A stretch of DNA of 64,000 nucleotides from Octopus sinensis (Eukaryota), in the NCBI RefSeq assembly GCF_006345805.1, contig NC_043026.1, forward strand, positions 6,634,001 through 6,698,000, given 5' to 3'. Of the stretch, positions 63,746 through 64,000 are shown one piece after another. The notes below the pieces were generated by a model, which worked only from the letters and a program-made list of their open reading frames with translations, ran no database searches and was not told the origin of the DNA. Every line of letters starts with the position of its first letter. The first letter of the stretch is position 1. The translations under genes and the position numbers were made by a program.

Positions 63746-64000
63746 GTTTTTTTCTTCTTGTCTCTTCTACTATCTACCCCTCTTTCTCTCTTACCCACCC
63801 CCAACACCAGATTTAACTCTCACAAACCAACTTCCGTCCTCAGAACCCAGAAACCCTTTCTAGTCCCCATCAACTGTTAACCCTCTTCACCGACTTATGT
63901 AACACCCAGAATGAAATATATGTTCTTTTATGTTTCAATTATTCGACTGTTGCTATGTCAGAGCATCGCCTGAAAAGAATTTTTACTCGAACGAATCCAC

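Overview
Eukaryotic, repeat-dense genomic DNA, most likely octopus/cephalopod (inferred from the SINE, LINE and microsatellite landscape). It holds two recognisable genes arranged head-to-head: exon 1 of fumarylacetoacetase (FAH, minus strand, 3006-3086; the rest runs off the left edge) and a complete 17-exon MCCC2 (methylcrotonyl-CoA carboxylase beta, plus strand, 5830-31737, 561 aa, all introns GT-AG). Nearly all other supplied ORFs are microsatellite or transposon artefacts. The rest is tRNA-derived SINEs, several LINE 3' ends (RTE, CR1/L2-like, RLE-type), a Penelope-like GIY-YIG relic, MITEs with verifiable TIRs/TSDs, non-autonomous Helitrons and two ~200-bp palindromes. The most notable signals are: (1) a family of ~190-bp elements carrying a minimal type-I hammerhead ribozyme motif with covarying stems, whose 3' ends abut (TA)n, found in tandem or tail-to-tail pairs, with one intact core at 46557-46584; (2) a four-unit Helitron tandem array with a repeated spacer and a mosaic unit; (3) evidence that the most common VNTR-bearing repeat is an RTE LINE 3'UTR; (4) a near-identical inverted LINE pair bracketing MCCC2 exons 5-6. 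All coordinates and counts were read by eye; repeat boundaries are approximate unless a TSD is given.
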